The translations under genes and the position numbers were made by a program. DNA of 63,854 bases, the filler included, from Saprolegnia diclina VS20 (lineage: Eukaryota): NCBI RefSeq assembly GCF_000281045.1. It is 4 parts of 2 records of this genome, joined end to end, with 100 filler letters (N's around TTAATTAATTAA, not from the genome) between each part and the next. Parts side by side here need not be neighbours in the genome. Positions count along the whole stretch, not along the records: positions 14,660 to 38,194 come from NW_008246076.1; 3 more parts are not named here. One strand, written 5' to 3'. Below are positions 23,913 to 36,974 of this stretch, piece by piece. Numbering within the stretch: position 1 is the stretch's first letter; every line of letters begins with the position of its first letter. The notes beneath the pieces were generated by a model, which was not told the DNA's origin, ran no database searches, and saw only the letters and a program-made list of their open reading frames with translations.

Positions 23913-25318
23913 CTAGGGCTTTTTGAGGATATGGTTGACGCTCGCGGTCGCAATGTTGCGCAGCCACGCGCTAAACTCTTGGAGCACTGCGCGCTCCTGC
24001 ATCTCGGCGCGCGTGTCCACGACCACATGCTTGACCGGGGTTTCCGCCAAGTCCTCGGCGCACCAGAGCGCGTCGGCCGGGGACGACGACGACTGCGAGC
24101 TCGGCGTCGTTGCCACGGGCGACCGCGGCGGCGGCGGCGGCGCCATTGGCTCGTCGCACGCCGCCTGCACGAGCGAGTTGCAAATCTTGTAGAGCGCAAC
24201 GTCCGAAGCCATGCTCACCTGCAGCGGGTACAGCCGCGAATAGACGTTGGTTCGAACCGGCGGCGCGGTCGTCGACGCCGGTGGCGGCAACGGCAGTGGC
24301 ATCGGCGGTGGGCCCAGCATCGCATGCATGTGTGTGTTGGACTGTGGCGGGAGTCGTCGCTTGGCCGGCGGCGCGATCGCCAACGGCACTTGGTGCACCG
24401 GCCGAAGTGGCATCAACGTCTCGAGGGGTGGTGGGGTAAACGCGGAAAAACGCTCGGGGGCGGGCAGCGCCGCCCGGTGCTTGGGCTGGTCGTGGGTGTT
24501 CTCGTTGGTCGGTGTCGCATGCGAGGCGTCTGAGCAGTGGTTCTTGCACATCTAGGAGATCAGAATAGGTGGTATATGACGCTAAGGGCGAAGGACCGAC
24601 CTGACATCGACAGAGCGTGCCGCATTTGACACCAGCTTGGTAGCATTCGCAATACTTCTTCTGGCACCCGCTTCGCCTGCAGCGGCAGCCGCGAAAATAC
24701 TTGGTCGTCGCCACCGACGTGTTGCTACTACTAGACTGCAGCATGAGAGGTCGCCGGACGAGAGGAGCACGGTACCCTTTCGAGACTTTGGGCAGGAACG
24801 CGACGGGGTTGCGTTCGAGGACAACGCGGATCGCACGTTGCCGCTGGCTCTCAAAGTTCTAGGGTAAGACTCAGGATTCGTACCGTGCTCGAGATAGCCC
24901 GGATAGGACGTACGATGTTGTTGTGGCAGCCCTGGCAATTGCAGTCGTCGCCGCAGAGCGAGCCTTGCTGGAAGCACTCGCAGTAGAGCTTGAGGCAGTT
25001 GGACTTTTTGCAGTTGCACGACTTCTTCGGCAGTGTCGTTGATGGCGGCGTCATCACATCGTCGCGGACGCTGGGCGTCCGGCTGCTGCTGTCGTCGGCG
25101 GACGACGACTCGATTGCGCAGCAGACGGGCTCTAGCCGCGGGCGCTTGGCCGCCGGCGCTTCGATCGAGGCGTCCTTGGCCGGGCGCAGGCTGCTAATGC
25201 TTCGTAGGAGGTCCGAGTGCTGCATCATGTCTTCCATCTCCTGGCGCTGCTTCATGCGCTCGCGCTCGCGTTCGAGGAGGACCTCGAGCGCGGGCTTGAT
25301 CTTCTTGCTACTGCTCAT
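23913..25318 (-). CDS. CRC (tesmin/TSO1/LIN54-like) CXC-domain DNA-binding protein (multi-exon)
   Basis: Two CXC domains, [16 protein letters not shown]...C.C..C.N and [21 protein letters not shown]...CRC..CKN, plus a Pro-rich region. Confidence 0.9.
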
Positions 25319-26959
25319 GCGTAGTGTCGTTGGCAGCGGCGTGGCGGCAAGCGATGGGCGGTGGTCTGTGGCCAAAGCAGCGGGCGGGTGGAGGTGGCAG
25401 GATCGGCGGCGAAGGGCGACGTCGTCGTCCTGTCTCCGGCTGGCAGCTTCCACGTGAAATGGAATGCTGGATGGGACGTCAACCGCCGGCTGCGCTGTAT
25501 TTTGACCAATCAGAAGCTGCCACTGGGCACATGGCCAATCACATCGCCGGATTCAAAAATTCAAAACGGGAGTCGGATTCTATTTAATGACACCATGCTG
25601 TACTGCACCTATGTATGCCGAATAAATTGTAGGAATTAAAATATTGTTGGCTGGATCTTGCGAAAATCTTGCGATCAAGCAACGTGGCAACACGAGACGT
25701 TCGAGGCCGTTCGCTTGCCTCAAGCGTTCGACTAAACCGGAGCGCTTCGACTAACTTGTAAATAGAACCGAGCAGAGAGAAAAGTGGCTGCTTGCTATGC
25801 AACAACAGTGTTTTGGGCGCGCCACGCGCGACGAACTAACCTTCAACTATCCGGCTGTCGGAAGATTGCAATGGCAATGTTACTTGGCCGCTCCCCGTGT
25901 CCACCAAGTTCAAATAATGGCCGAAGTAGAAGCACGGGAGCAGACACATAGCCAACTATGACAGTCATTAGCGGCGTCGCCACAAAGAGGATGGCATCGG
26001 CTGCCTTGACAGACAAATCCTGCTCCACCAACCGAGGCGACTTAACGTTGAAACAGCCGATTTCAGCGATGTTTTGTGATAGCATATAGGTCGCGTCGTT
26101 CTTGAGGAATCATGGGTCAAGATAAAGGGAGTCTTGTCGCCCTCACCGCAGATAGCCCTCGCATTATGATTGCCATCGACGCTTATATCATGCACGTGTT
26201 GCTGGTGAGAGGATAGATATGCGTACAATGATGTTTGTACAATCCATACGACGCGATCCTATCTATCCTATCGCTGACTCCATTCGATTCGATCTATCCA
26301 AAGGTCTTTCGGGCTACGATTTGCATCACCGGAGCGAGAGCGAGAGGCGCTGTTGCTCAAGTAGGAGTTCGTTCTACACGCGCAGTCTCTTGTCTGCAAT
26401 GCTGCACAGCGTCACGTACCCGCATCGACTGGCGCATGCGCTGAAGTTCGTTCTTGCGCGCTTCGAATGGCGTCTGTGGTGCGTTTTGGATGAGCCTACG
26501 ACGCGTCGCATAAGGCACCGTGGCAAGTAGAATGTCGTCTGTACGGTGCGATTGGCTTGGTTGGAGAGCTGACCGTCCTACGCCACACCTCTTATCACAC
26601 GCAACGACTACGCATGCTCAGACCTGGCTTCAAAATGGTTGGCGTAGATGTAGGCGCTATTGTCGAGGGTGCTACAGGGTGCCACCGGCGTCTTGGCGTC
26701 GGACTCGAGCTGAAGCGGCTCGAGGTCGGGAAGCGGCGCTATCGAATGCAATTCTTGCGTGCTCTCTCGTCGTTTGATCGACGTACTGTTGTCGTCGGGC
26801 CCGACGGTGTAGTGGACGTAGGTGTCAACGATCGGCTTTTGTATCGGTGTCTCTGAAATGACTTGGATGTGCAGCGAGTGATCATAGAGCTACAAAAGGC
26901 ATCGTGCTCGCCATGTTGAACTATCGCAAAAGAATACCTCGATCGGTAACGTCACATGG

Positions 26960-28273
26960 TCAAAATACAAAAGCGGGTTGAACAACGTCGTGAACGCCTT
27001 TGTGATGGGGTCGAGAAATAGAATGCAGTGCGCGTCGTTGCACTAGTGGGACGTGTTGAAAGTGGACATTAGTTGTCCATTTTACGGTCATGTTGGATAT
27101 GAGAATTTGGGGGCGGTCCGTGGCGGTGATGTCGGTCACGAGCACGCGAAACGTCCAGCCGGCCAGCGAACTCGAGTGCTCGAGGCGGATCTCGAGAAAG
27201 TAGAAGGGCGCATCGTGAATGTTGGCTGCGCTATCCACGGGCTCCGGCGCCTCAACGTGTGGTGGCGCGGTCTCGGACAGCGCCACAGTTGTGCTTTGCA
27301 CTGCGATTTGAACCCGCGTCGGTGGGGGCTGTGGCGACAACACCTTGCACGTTCCGGCTTTTTGGAGCCAATTTCGTGGCAGTTTGCTCGAGATCGATCC
27401 GGCGCGCAAAAGCTGCTTGGACGACGGTTTGCGGATCGTGGGGGGTGGTCGTCGCACGACCATGGTTGGTATCCTGCGCGATGATTCGCCCTCGGGCTCG
27501 TCGATCGCGGGCTCGTCATCGTCGTCTGACGCTTCGACGTCGCTATGCCACGCTACGGTATGCGGCGGTGCGCCTGCAGTCGCTACAACATGGAATTTAG
27601 CGCCAATCACTCGTCCTCCACGTAGCGTACACTGCGCTTGCTGCAGCTGGTGGCGGCTCGTCGAGGTTGCGAGGCTACCGCGTGTAGCCCCAGCCGACTT
27701 GGCCTTTGTCCCGCGGCTAGCCTACGCACCGCATTCGATTCTTGTTGCAAACACATGTAAAGTACCGGCCGCGTCGGGGTCGAGGTGGCGTTGGCAGTCG
27801 ACGGGCGTGAGTTCTGAAGGCTTTGCTCAATGGCCTAGCCCGAACATGATGGCCTGTCGACATGAACATCGGCACCGCACCGCCCACGTCTCTTGGGCTA
27901 CAGCGTGCAGACGTGCTTCTTTCGGGTCGATACTGGTCGTGCTCTCGCCCCACGTGTGAAACGCAGGCTGTGGCGTCGACGGCAACAACGGGTGTGCGTG
28001 CGTTGCTGCCATCGACAGCCGGCGATGGGAGGCTTCGTACTGGTTTGTCCGCCGCCGGTCAATCAGCGGTGTCTTTGTCGTCGTTGGTGTCGAGCGCGGA
28101 ATGGCGTCGGCCGATGCCGGCGTCCGTCGCGACGGTTTGCGCGTCTGTCGCACCGTCTCGCGCAGCGCATCGGACGCATTCAAGCGAATGAGCTTGGTAG
28201 TGGCACCGGCTTTGGCGATCGATGCATCGAGCATCTGGAAGCGCGCTTCGATGATCGGGTACGGCAGCGGCAT
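26960..28273 (-). CDS. Hypothetical protein (probable multi-exon gene; structure unresolved)
   Basis: Consecutive minus-strand ORFs 27827-28273 and 26960-27610 with low-complexity, coding-like content; no recognised domain. Confidence 0.35.
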
Positions 28274-29018
28274 TGGACGCGTTAAAATTAGCAGGAAGGC
28301 TGCTGTCGGAAATAGTGAAGTCCGATGTCAGAAGCGTGCCGTTTCAAACTGCTTGGGACAAGGCGAAATATCGGCACGACAGTGACTGATCGCCGAGCCC
28401 CGACCTACTGTCCAGTAGCATTCCTTGCGGCAAATAAGACGCCCCAAAGAGAGACGAAGCTTTCAACTAATGGACTGACGACCGCGAACCGACGTGCCTT
28501 GTACTAGAGTCTGGCCGAGCCTCTAAGATCTAAGAACCGAAAACTTATTGCACTGTTCTATCAAACGTATCGCGTAGCAGAGGCGCCTGCATGACAACGC
28601 ATTGTCGACGGACATTGCCTTGACAGCTCGAGCTTCTTACGCGTCGTCGCGTTCGTTGGCCTGGACATGGAGACATGGCGTTCGCAGCTAAACTACTATG
28701 GACGCGCAACATTAGCCTCTCGTCACCAACGGACAGCGGCTCGTAGCTTCGCTCTACCGGTCATCTGTCTTATATCGTCCGCGCAATGCCCACCGCAGTG
28801 CGCCACGCAAGGACGTGGCCACAACCAACCTCGCTTGGTGTGCTGGCCGCGCGCGATGCTTGTGGAAAGTCGTCGTATCCGGATCCGCCTGTCTCGTACT
28901 ATTTTATATGGTTTTATTTAAACTGGATTTATGTATGGAAGAACAAACGTCGAATTAAAATACCACCGGGCGACCTCACCACTGGTTGGACTTTCCAAAG
29001 CTTTGCCGACGTCGTACG

Positions 29019-29600
29019 ATGGCCGAGTCGAGTGACATCACGGACCGCCTCCTCGGCGAGCGCAACGAGCGCGGTATCCCGTGCGCCATCTTTGTCGAGG
29101 ACGTCGCCGCCTTTGTGGGCGCCGACCCCGTCGAAGGCATTGTCGGCGCGCTCCAGCAGCTCTACTCCAAGTACAAGTTTATGGAAACCAACTTGACCAA
29201 GTCCAAGCAGTCGTTCAAGACCAAGATTCCGGACACGGAGAAGGACCTCGCGATGCTCGAGCATCTCATGGCGTCGCGCGAGAAGGACGAGCCGATCGAG
29301 ACGCACTTTAGCCTCGCGGACAACGTGTTTGCGAATGCGACGATCGACGCCGACGTGCAGACCGTGTGCATTTGGCTCGGCGCCAACGTCATGGTCGAGT
29401 ACTCGTTTGAAGAAGCGCTCGCGCTGCTGCAAGGCAACCTCTCGACGGCTACGTCGCGGCTTTCGCAGATCGAGTCGGACCTCGGCTTTCTTCGCGACCA
29501 GATCATTACGACCGAAGTCAACATGGCGCGCATCTTCAACTTTGACGTGCGCCGACGACGCCAGGAAAAGGGCGAGTTGCCCGCCGTCAAGGCCTCGTAA
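29019..29600 (+). CDS. PFDN3: Prefoldin subunit 3 (VBP1)
   Basis: Motifs RGIPCAIFVEDV, YSKYKFME, KIPDTEK, VCIWLGANVMVEY and DLGFLRDQIITTEVNMARIFNFDV. Confidence 0.96.
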   Translation: MAESSDITDRLLGERNERGIPCAIFVEDVAAFVGADPVEGIVGALQQLYSKYKFMETNLTKSKQSFKTKIPDTEKDLAMLEHLMASREKDEPIETHFSLADNVFANATIDADVQTVCIWLGANVMVEYSFEEALALLQGNLSTATSRLSQIESDLGFLRDQIITTEVNMARIFNFDVRRRRQEKGELPAVKAS

Positions 29601-30077
29601 GAGGCTTGGTAATATCCACGTTTTGGCCTGTTTCCATCTGTACGCAGGATCCTTGATGTCGACTGCATACTATGGCAGGCAGCTATTGTCCGCTTGCCGT
29701 GGAGCCTATGGACCGATGGCCCAGGGTCGTAAACATTGTATTCAAAGCAACGAGACTACCCAAAACCACAGGGATATGGCAGGACAGGGAGACGACATGG
29801 CCGTGATGCATCCGTGGTCATATGGCGCTGGCTGAAAGTCCCGTCGTCAGGCCACCCCGCACGAGATAGTTGGCCTTTCTAGCTATGCAACTCCGTCATC
29901 GCTACGTGTTCTAGTTCTAGCTATCAATTGTCGTCGACGTATCACAAAATTGAGGTTTCGAGAAGGTCGAATCGGCATCAATAAGGTGCGATAAACGTCC
30001 CGAGACTCGGACCCTAGACCTACCCTACCCCTTTTGCCCGACGCGTATTTTTAGGATTTAGGACTTTGAGCACCGCC

Positions 30078-30986
30078 ATGACGACGGCCAAGCGACTCGA
30101 CCCACGGACCGAGAGTGACGCGGCGCCCATCACGGGCTACTGCAAGGACCGCTTCGATCCGTCGCATCCGGACGCCGACTGGGGCGGCTACGTCAACCGT
30201 ACTTTCAAGAAGCGGTCGTTCAAAGATCCGTTGTCGACCCGAGACGTAATACGCAGCGATAAGGACAGCGTCTCAACGTGTGTTGGTAGCACTTGGTCCA
30301 TGGAAAAGATGCCATTCTGCCCGCCCTCACGGCCGAGAAGCCCGCCGGTCGACGGACGTTTGCGCAGAATCTCAACCAAGCCAGCGTCGACCCGGTGTGT
30401 TCTCGTCTACGCCGACGCCGCATCATAACAACGCCGTGGGTGTAGGCAGCCAAAGACTCGCCATTTCATACCGGTGTGCACCAGGTACTTCGATGATCTA
30501 GAGTGAAAACGACTGGAGTTGTCGGTGCAGGTTGGCCCCGGCGGCGAGCACAACTGCAACACCTGGAAAACGTACCAGAGTTTAGATTGCTATGTGCCAC
30601 ATCGTGTGTGATAGGTCGTATGAGCTCCAGACTTCAGCGACACCGACGAACCGCGATACTCAAGCGCCAGGCACGGTGCGAAGCTTGGGCCAACTGGCCC
30701 ATAAACGCCATCCACAGGCAGCAGTACACACGCGTTGTCGTTGCGCTGGTGGACCATTGAGTGGCTTGTAGGTGGAGGCAAAGCGTGCCACGCCTCCACG
30801 CACCCTCCCGCCCCTGGAGCCGGTAGGAATAAGACGACAACGTGTTCGATCGCTGACATTCAGGTAGGGACAATCGAAGCTCCCCGAAGTGCGCAAGCAA
30901 GGGTCGCTGCTCGCTGGCATTGGCCAGCGCCTCGCATCGTCGGACGCGCTCGCCCATCAACCGTACGCTCTATATGTTGTAAATGA
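30078..30986 (+). CDS. Hypothetical multi-exon protein (3' end uncertain)
   Basis: Good start context (CACCGCCATG) and a coding-like first exon MTTAKRLDPRTE...RFDPSHPDADWGGYVNR; short GT-AG introns follow. Confidence 0.5.
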
Positions 30987-31199
30987 AAGCTGGACTAGAA
31001 GCATAGGCTGCCCACCGCGCACCTCTGCACAGCGTATGTTACGCAGCAAAAGACTCTCGAGACGGAAAACCGGTACGTTGAGATCTCACTTTATTATTTG
31101 TGTCAACTGCCTGTAGACACAAAGTCCTGCTCGGGTACACGGGGCATCGAAAAGGGGTCTAGTAGGTGAAGACAAAATGGCATTTGGCTTTTGGGTGAT

Positions 31200-32130
31200 G
31201 CGGACAACCAAAGTCGCAATATGAGCACACAGGGCGAATGTTGCGTCGGCGTTTTGGTGGCCGCCAGCTCGAGTACGCAAAGACGCGGATGATGCATCCG
31301 GTGGGTCACAAGGTGTGTGAGAATGGCGGTCTATGGCGAGTGCAGACACAGCTCCGTGATGTTGGGTAGCGGCATGGTGGCATCGACGAGGCCGTGGACG
31401 ACGCGGGCGATTCCTGTAGCTTGAGGCTCGTGAGCGACGTCGTGGTGGCTATGCAATGGCCCAAGCCGACGCCGTCGTCGCACGTGAAACTGATCGAGAT
31501 GCAGGTGCGTCGCGTGGCCAAACGCCAACCACGTCGCGAGAACTGGTCGCCGGTGTTCGCCAGGATACGCAGTATCGTCGTGCAGGCAGATCAAAGAGAA
31601 CATAATGTGTTGGACGTACGGCGCTGCTTGAACGACATCATTCAAGAACGTCGCGTCAGCCGTGCAGTCGACATGGTGGAGCCCGGTGCAGAGATGCAAG
31701 ATATGGCGCAGCTCGTCCATGCTCTCTTTTTGCCCAATCGGCATCACTTGGATGGACTTCACTTTGTGTCGACGAAATCGGCCGTTGGTGTGGATCTTCT
31801 TCGATCGGGAGGTCAAGCAACTGGGCATTGAGCATCGCAAGGTCCTCGATGCAGATCGAGCGAAAGCTTGGAAGAGCAGTGAGCACGGTAGAGGTGTAGT
31901 GGCGATCGATCTCTTCCACACAAACCTATGGCCAGTGCTTGGCGTCCAAGGCATCGGGTATCGCCGAAAGCGTCCAGAGCGCCGCCAGCGACGCATCGAG
32001 CGTAGCGGGTGGGAGCGCTTGCTGCAGTGAAAGGACGTATTTGGTCGAGTCCAAGCAGCGCATGATATCGACGAGGATACGACCGTGAACGACCGCTATC
32101 GGGGCCACGCACGCCCGCTTCCTCGCCCAC
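31200..32130 (-). pseudogene. Decayed member of an LRR (RNI-like) gene family
   Basis: RKRACVAP...LQQALPPATLDASLAALWTL...HWP*VCVEEID...LPSFRSI aligns with the 39757 copy (HWPQVCIED). Has an in-frame TAG at 31926-31928 and later frame breaks. Boundaries are approximate. Confidence 0.7.
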
Positions 32131-32434
32131 TGGTGTCCATAGAAAACTCCAAATAAAGTATAGAGTAACAATACCATTTGTCCTCACATTGGCCACACGT
32201 GGCGTGCTGAGCTGGCGTGCTGAGGCGAAGGATTGACATGCTGCCTCTTCAACTATGGCATGCCCTCATGAAGGACGACTTTGCAATGCATATAGTGCAA
32301 TCTACTTTAGTTTGTGATCTAGTTATGGCAAGGCACCCGCGTGGACAGCGTGGACAGCCTCGATCGGCGTCTGCTTGCCCATCATCGGGGTGCTGGTTGG
32401 TTCGCGGCCTCGTCTGGCGCGATCCAATCGACTC

Positions 32435-32491
32435 TGAGCTTGCCACGTATGACCAATCAGATCATCTGATTGGTCATACGTGGCAAGCTCA
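32435..32491. repeat. Perfect 28-bp inverted repeat with 1-nt spacer
   Basis: TGAGCTTGCCACGTATGACCAATCAGAT-C-ATCTGATTGGTCATACGTGGCAAGCTCA. Confidence 0.95.
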
Positions 32492-34482
32492 CAGTTGAAG
32501 CTAAGAGATTTTCGTGCAGCTTTTTACGGATGGAGGCGACGCATGCGGGTCGCAGCACTCGCTACACGGTTCTACTATTCCTTGGTGGCATGTCGACAAC
32601 GTGAACACGTTTAAGCAGCCGTATACTCGCTCGTAATATCGCTATATCAAGCTTCCTTGTCCACACCTACGTTGCGGTGGACTCTCACTGGACAGCGTTC
32701 GGCGTGCAGTGAATACAGCAATGATAGTAGCTCAAGGTAGCAACATCATAAGCAGCGCGGGAACGCTCTTGAGCACCTACATTGCAGCATGTAAGCATGA
32801 CGACACTGGGCGTGAAGGAAGCTTGGGTCTTGTGGCGTCTCGTTTGTAAAATGGAGCCGATACACGCTGGACCTCGTACATAGATTGTGCGGTCGGATTC
32901 GAGACTTGGGACTGGACGCAGTTGGCGACGACAAGGAGGAAGTTACAACGCATTTACGCATCGAGGTGTTGGATACCACACAGGACTATACAATCCGCGG
33001 GGGATACCTCCGGCGCTACGATGCACATCGTGAAGAAGCACAGACATCGATCTAAAGGAGAATTTCGTTACGCAATTTGGTACTAACAAATCCATTCATC
33101 TAGGGCATCCGGCTTGGGCTTCCTGCCTTGCATCGAGGATGCCATTGGTCATTGGGACCCTGACGAGACTGCGATGCTAACTCCTCGCAAGGCGCAGTGT
33201 CTTTGTGACACTTCACGTTTTCTCGGCCTCGAAGCTACTTGGATAGGACCGATCCGCGAGTCTCATCCTGGGGATCTGCACGTCTCTGCAAGCTTCATGT
33301 CCAGCTCCAACCACATCAACAACACTGCAGCACTGTGATCACTCCACGGCAATCACCTCTGCGGCGGCTTCAAGCAACCAAGCAGCGACTCACGTCGTGG
33401 GTTTGCGCAGACCAAGCAAGGCCCGACGCTGTTATCCAGATGACGAGAAAGCTACTTTGAGATCCCACGGCAGGCGATATTTCTGCGTCGACGCACTGGC
33501 CTCACAACATTTGCCACTAATCGCATTCCTTTTTTTGCACGTGCAGGGTAAAGGAGGGTGTGGACAAGCAGCAGTTGGTAACACCGCGGCAGGATAAAGA
33601 AGGCAACGACCAGGTTTTTAGCTCTCAAGAATTCCCAACCAAATGGCCAGTGCCGTGACAGGCCGTGACTCAGTGTGGGTGAACGGCAGTTTGCCCTTGC
33701 GATTGCTACAGCAGCTGGTCCAGATACTCCGACCGCTATTTTGTATGGGATCGGCCGATATGACGTTTACTGCTTTTGATCGTTGAGAGGATGGGTAGTA
33801 CCTGGTCCAGCGTGGCGCCTCGAAGCCATACTGCATTGCGCTACATCGTCGTTCGAATGAGCTTTTACGCGTTGCTCTACACGCTAAAAGCAAGGATGCG
33901 GGCTACAAGCTCTAAACCACAATCTACAGCCCTATACGTAAACCAGATGAGCCATATACCATAGCTACGGAAGCATCGGCCTTCTACGACAAGCAAACCA
34001 CTCTAGTCACTAGCCAGAGGTGTGGCGGCCTGCGCCTGTCGAAGCGATCGGCCTTGCTGCTCACATTTCCGCCTTCATGTCTTTGCCAGCGTAGCCCAGT
34101 GAGAGTAACCTCGAGTTGCCAAGTGAGTGATCGTGGGTGCGCTTGGTGTCAGTACAGTATGGTCCAACCATATGAAACCATCCCGACCGTCCATATGTAG
34201 CGTCCATAGCGCGCGGCACGCATTTGCAAAGCCAACCTGGTCCACGCCACCTCGTGCGTGCATCGATGTATGTACGTAGTCACGTGGTGGCAAAGGAACT
34301 CCTCACTTCTTCTTCGGGTCAGGTCGGATGGCGCTTCTAGCTGTCAGCGCAACATGTGGTTTGAAAAGATACATGGTCGTCTGATCAGCGGCCGCCCCTC
34401 TGCTGGATGTATTTTCCTTCTCACAGGCGATTGCCAGACCGCATTTCGCCGCACTGCACGCAGTACCACTCTACACACTAGC

Positions 34483-36180
34483 ATGGACCCACCGCGCAAG
34501 GGCATTTACCTCTATGAGCCCGAGCCGACGCACAAGCCGGCGATGCTCAGCAGCGGTGTCTCGTCCACGAGCTCCCAGGAGCGCCGGCCTGCCCATTTCG
34601 AGTCGTTCAACGCACGCACCAACTTTCGGTCGACGCCGGTCGAGACGCTCGGACCCCACACGCCGCCCGTTTACTCGTTGCAGGACGACCCGATTCTCGA
34701 GGGCCAGCCAGCGGCACCCCACGGCAACTACGACTCGCGCGAGACCGCGACGTTCTTCAACTCGATGACGGTCGTTCTCGGCGCTTGTCTCGGCATTGGC
34801 CTCGGCTTGATTTTGACCAAATTTGACATTCCGCAAGACCTTGCGCTCTGGCTCGAGCTGCCCGGTAACTTGTTCGTGCGCGCGCTGCGGTGCCTTGTCG
34901 TGCCCATGGTGTTCAGCACGATGACAGTGTCGATCGCCGAGATTGTCGTTTTGAACAAAACGTCGATTTTAACGTGGCGGACGGCGGCGGTCCTCTTCTC
35001 GACGTCGATCCTCGCCACGATGCAAGGCATGGTCGTCGCCTTGATCTACAACAGCGTCTTCAACGCCAACTGGCCCGTCGCGCAAAGCACTGTGACCTCG
35101 ACAAGTGGCATCGTCTTGGGTCTCCGGTGTGCCAACGGCCAGTACTTGGAGACGCTCGCCAATGGTACGATGGCGTGCCTCAGTCCAAGTGCCAACGCCA
35201 GCGCGCTCTTCACCGTCAAGGACGTCAACAATGTGCTGAGTACCAACTCGGCGTTTCAGCAACTCACGCTGACGCAACAAGTGATTGCGATCGTCAACTT
35301 GGTCGTGCCCGACAACATTTTCGCGGCCATGGCCAGCGGGTCGCTTCTGAGCATCCTCACGTTTGCCTTGCCGCTCGGCGTGGCTGTCGCCAAGTCGCAC
35401 AATGAGGCGCTGGGCCCTGGCAACAACTACCTCCTCAACATTTTGCGCCAGAGTCGCAACACGCTCCTCCTCATGATCAACGCCGTCCTCAAGCTGACGC
35501 CGTTCGCGGTGTTTTTCCTCTTGTCGAGCTCGATCGTGACGTACAGTACGACGAGCACCAACATCATGGCCCAAGGCGGGTACCTCATCCTCTTCTTCAT
35601 CGCCGGCGTCCTCGTCCATGTCCTGATCGTCATGCCGTTGTACCTCTTTCTCTTTACGCGCATCAACCCGTACAACTACCTCCGGCAGCTCGTGCCCGCG
35701 TATGTGTTTGCATTTGGCTGCTCGTCGTCGATGGCGACGCTTCCCGTGGCGGTGACCGTGGTCCACCAGACGCGCCAAGTGTCGCGCCAGCTCGCCCAGC
35801 TCATGATGTGCCTTGGCACGCCGGTCAACCTCAACTCGCCGGGCTTCTACTACCCGCTCTTGACGGTCTTTATGGCCAACGTTGGCGGTGTCGGCAGCCA
35901 CCTCGGCGTGCCCGAGCTTGTCGTGCTCTTCTTTGTCTCGCTCTTGGGCTGTGTGGGCACGGCGCCAGTGCCCAACTCGGGTTTGATCATGCTCATGACG
36001 GTCTGGAAGACAGTGCTGCCCAACATCCCGCTCCCCGGCGCGTTCATTTACATTGTCGCCATCGACTTTCTCTTGGACCGGATCTGCACGTCGACCAACG
36101 TCAACGGCAACATGGTCGTGACGCGGATCCTTGCCGACTACTTTGACGACTCGTGGGGAAGCGAGTCGGGCCAAGCGTAA
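34483..36180 (+). CDS. Dicarboxylate/amino acid:cation symporter (DAACS/SDF, SLC1-like)
   Basis: Motifs PGNLFVRALRCLVVPMVF, VPDNIF, AFGCSSSMATLP, GTPVNLN, GTAPVP and DFLLDRICTSTNVNG; multiple TM segments. Confidence 0.95.
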   Translation: MDPPRKGIYLYEPEPTHKPAMLSSGVSSTSSQERRPAHFESFNARTNFRSTPVETLGPHTPPVYSLQDDPILEGQPAAPHGNYDSRETATFFNSMTVVLGACLGIGLGLILTKFDIPQDLALWLELPGNLFVRALRCLVVPMVFSTMTVSIAEIVVLNKTSILTWRTAAVLFSTSILATMQGMVVALIYNSVFNANWPVAQSTVTSTSGIVLGLRCANGQYLETLANGTMACLSPSANASALFTVKDVNNVLSTNSAFQQLTLTQQVIAIVNLVVPDNIFAAMASGSLLSILTFALPLGVAVAKSHNEALGPGNNYLLNILRQSRNTLLLMINAVLKLTPFAVFFLLSSSIVTYSTTSTNIMAQGGYLILFFIAGVLVHVLIVMPLYLFLFTRINPYNYLRQLVPAYVFAFGCSSSMATLPVAVTVVHQTRQVSRQLAQLMMCLGTPVNLNSPGFYYPLLTVFMANVGGVGSHLGVPELVVLFFVSLLGCVGTAPVPNSGLIMLMTVWKTVLPNIPLPGAFIYIVAIDFLLDRICTSTNVNGNMVVTRILADYFDDSWGSESGQA

Positions 36181-36901
36181 GACAATTTGCGGAATCTTGT
36201 TGATCGTGGTGACGTCCATGTCGTCTTGGTGCTTGTACAATAGTTTTGTTTTATAGCTATATTTTTTGCTGTCATTTGCCGATTGTTGTCTACAAGTAAA
36301 AGATGGACGTGCTTGTTGCAGCCTTTTGAGTCGAATGCCATGATCCCGCGGAACGAGCTTTCGTTGTTTGAACGAATTTGGTCTTTTCGTTTTTTGGTAT
36401 TTTATTGTTTTAAATATTGGAACGCGACTTTTTGCTGTGGTGTCTAGCGATGCGTTGCTGTGATGCCAGCGCATGCTGGTAGAGAAGACAGTAGGCTGCA
36501 CTGTTGCGCAAGCACTGGATGGTGAACGTGGTTGAGAGCATCTCTACCAGTTCCCGGTATCCTACCTTGGCTCTGGGTTTTTGCCGGGTGTTTCGCCCTG
36601 TATACAGTAGTGAGCGTCTAAAGTACGATGGGTACTCGGCGAGTACCCTTTAGGATGTGATAACACTTTGTGCCTTTTAAAATCGAAGAGGAGAAGGAAA
36701 AAGGAAGAGGGAAGTTCGTCGCTCGAAAGGCGCGATCAATGGCCGCTTCGTTGTCGCGGGCGTCCCACTGGCAGTGGCACCATCGCGATTCAAGCTCCAT
36801 TTCATCGCACATACAAAATTCAAGTGTACCTTTTGACTCCAAAAGGCATGACTTGCAATTTGTATACCCGCCCACCTTGGGCAGCTCTTTTTGGCAATCA
36901 G

Positions 36902-36974
36902 CCAATGCCTGGTCTCGAAATATGGACAAGCCAATGCCTATTCTCTAAATATCGAGCAGCCAATGCCTGGTCTC
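36902..36974 (+). repeat. Three copies of CCAATGCCTRKTCTC at a 29-bp period
   Basis: Copies start at 36902, 36931 and 36960, separated by related but non-identical 14-nt spacers. Confidence 0.9.
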
